Below, piece by piece: positions 62,519 through 64,000 of a DNA stretch of 64,000 bases. Each line of letters opens with the position of its first letter. The stretch's first letter is position 1. The DNA comes from Nemertoderma westbladi. Its lineage: Eukaryota; Animalia; Xenacoelomorpha. The position numbers were made by a program, and so were the translations under genes. The stretch lies in NCBI GenBank assembly GCA_032718475.1, contig JAUCBJ010008784.1, forward strand, positions 19,530-83,529. The letters run 5' to 3'. The notes beneath the pieces are model-generated. The model saw only the letters and a list, made by a program, of their open reading frames with translations, did not search any database and was not told the DNA's origin.

Positions 62519-63234
62519 GTCCCATACTTTACCTAAAATAGTGAATTTTTTATTTTATTCACAGATGTGTAACTCAGCCTAATCACCCAGTGGAATGCAA
62601 AGCACGTTTGTGTTGCGTCATCGTATAAAACAATTAGTTTCATCTTCACTCCCTCAGAAATATCATGGCGGCCAATTGAAAATTGTCCCATACTTTACCA
62701 TTAAAATGGCGATTATATTAGTGCACTGTATTAATGTAATATGTGAAGCCATGAGTGATATAATACTCTAAGGTCATAGTCGGCCGTAAGAATAGGAGTC
62801 TATATTTGAACTGAGAATCATTCCTCAGTCAAGAAATCTTTGGGTTTATGCATGTAAAGTCCCATACTTTACCAAAAAATAGTGAAATTTTTAATTTATA
62901 CACCGAGAAGTAGTCTAACTCAGCCCAATCACCCAGTGGAATGCAAAGCACGTTTGTGTTGCGTCATCTTAAGAAACAATTACCTGTAGTTTCATAATCT
63001 ACTCCCTCAGAAACATCATGACGGCCAATTGAAAATTGTCCCATACTTTACCATTATAATGGCGATTACATTTTAGTGCACTGTATTAATGTAATATATG
63101 AAACCTGGAGGGCAGGAGTGTTATAATGCTTTAGGGTGATAGTAGGGGGAAGCATAGAAGTATGTATTTGAACTAAGAATCATTCATCAGTTAACTAATC
63201 TTTGAGTTTATGCATGTAAAGTCCCGTACTTTAC
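62519..63234. repeat. Diverged ~340-360-bp tandem duplication with a recurring gtcccatactttacc motif (probable DNA-transposon subterminal region)
   Basis: Copies start at 62519 and 62859. The motif recurs at ~62686, 63038, 63221, 63753, 63777 and 63966. Confidence 0.7.
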
Positions 63235-64000
63235 AACAAATTTCAAAAAATTTAGTTTTTTAGCAGATAAGAAGATCGGTAAGTACAGTAATTGATACAT
63301 TTTCAGAAAAATGGAAAGAATTTCTAAACTTTTTACAGACTACATGTGTACCAAGTTTGGTTATATTTCATCAATGATTGGCGGACTTATTTCGGTTTTA
63401 TCAAAATTTTGAAACTATCGGTACCAACAGACAGACTGTCTGATATGTGACCTTTAATTCCTTAAACTTCAGATTATTTCCAAACTTTTGACAGACTTCA
63501 TACGTACCAGGTTTGGTTTAATTTCATCTAAAAATGACCGAGTTATACAGTATTAGCGGTCAAAAATTTGACAGATGACATACAACTCCTCAAGGGCACA
63601 TATGCTAAGACTTCGGGTCAATTTGTGGGCCGCCCCACATTTTGTATCCATATCTTGGTTGGAAATACTTAGTTGCACTTTATTATCACTAATTATCCAG
63701 AAATTACTGTTAGTTAAGTGTAAGAGACCATTTTGACCATAAAATTCGTACAGGTCCCGTACTTTACTTAGCAATGTCCCATACTTTACCACACAAACCA
63801 CACTGTAAAAAATTAGCAATGCAGCAATTCGTCTTATATTTATATTTTTATTTAAGCTTAATAATACAGCTTTATCCTAAACATCAACTCAACACTGTAC
63901 CTGCGCACAATTCGCTAAATTATAGAATTGAAATCATAAAATAAAAAAAACCATTTCGTACGAATCCGTACTTTACCTTAATTGGACAAGCTGGTGTTTT

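Overview
AT-rich, intron-poor invertebrate animal genomic DNA. There are four host genes: the RPAP1 terminal exon, an IGHMBP2-like SF1 helicase, PSMD13/Rpn9 (2 exons, with a 45-bp satellite in the intron) and RMND5 (2 exons). The centre is a full-length but decaying Polinton/Maverick (19788-42477) with ~400-bp TIRs and a GGCATA 6-bp TSD. It has the core genes (pPolB, integrase, packaging ATPase, protease, major capsid, two minor capsids) and unusual cargo: a TBP-like protein, a Maelstrom/arenavirus-ExoN-like nuclease candidate, a RING protein, and a long hairpin built from a diverged pPolB fragment. Nested inside it are a CR1/L2-group LINE with a 2A-like StopGo motif and an RTE fragment, and the Polinton itself landed in another copy of the same RTE family. 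Also present are a MULE-like element, a tRNA-SINE, intronic foldback repeats and a ~10.7-kb 38-bp satellite. All assignments come from manual motif reading; no database searches were run.
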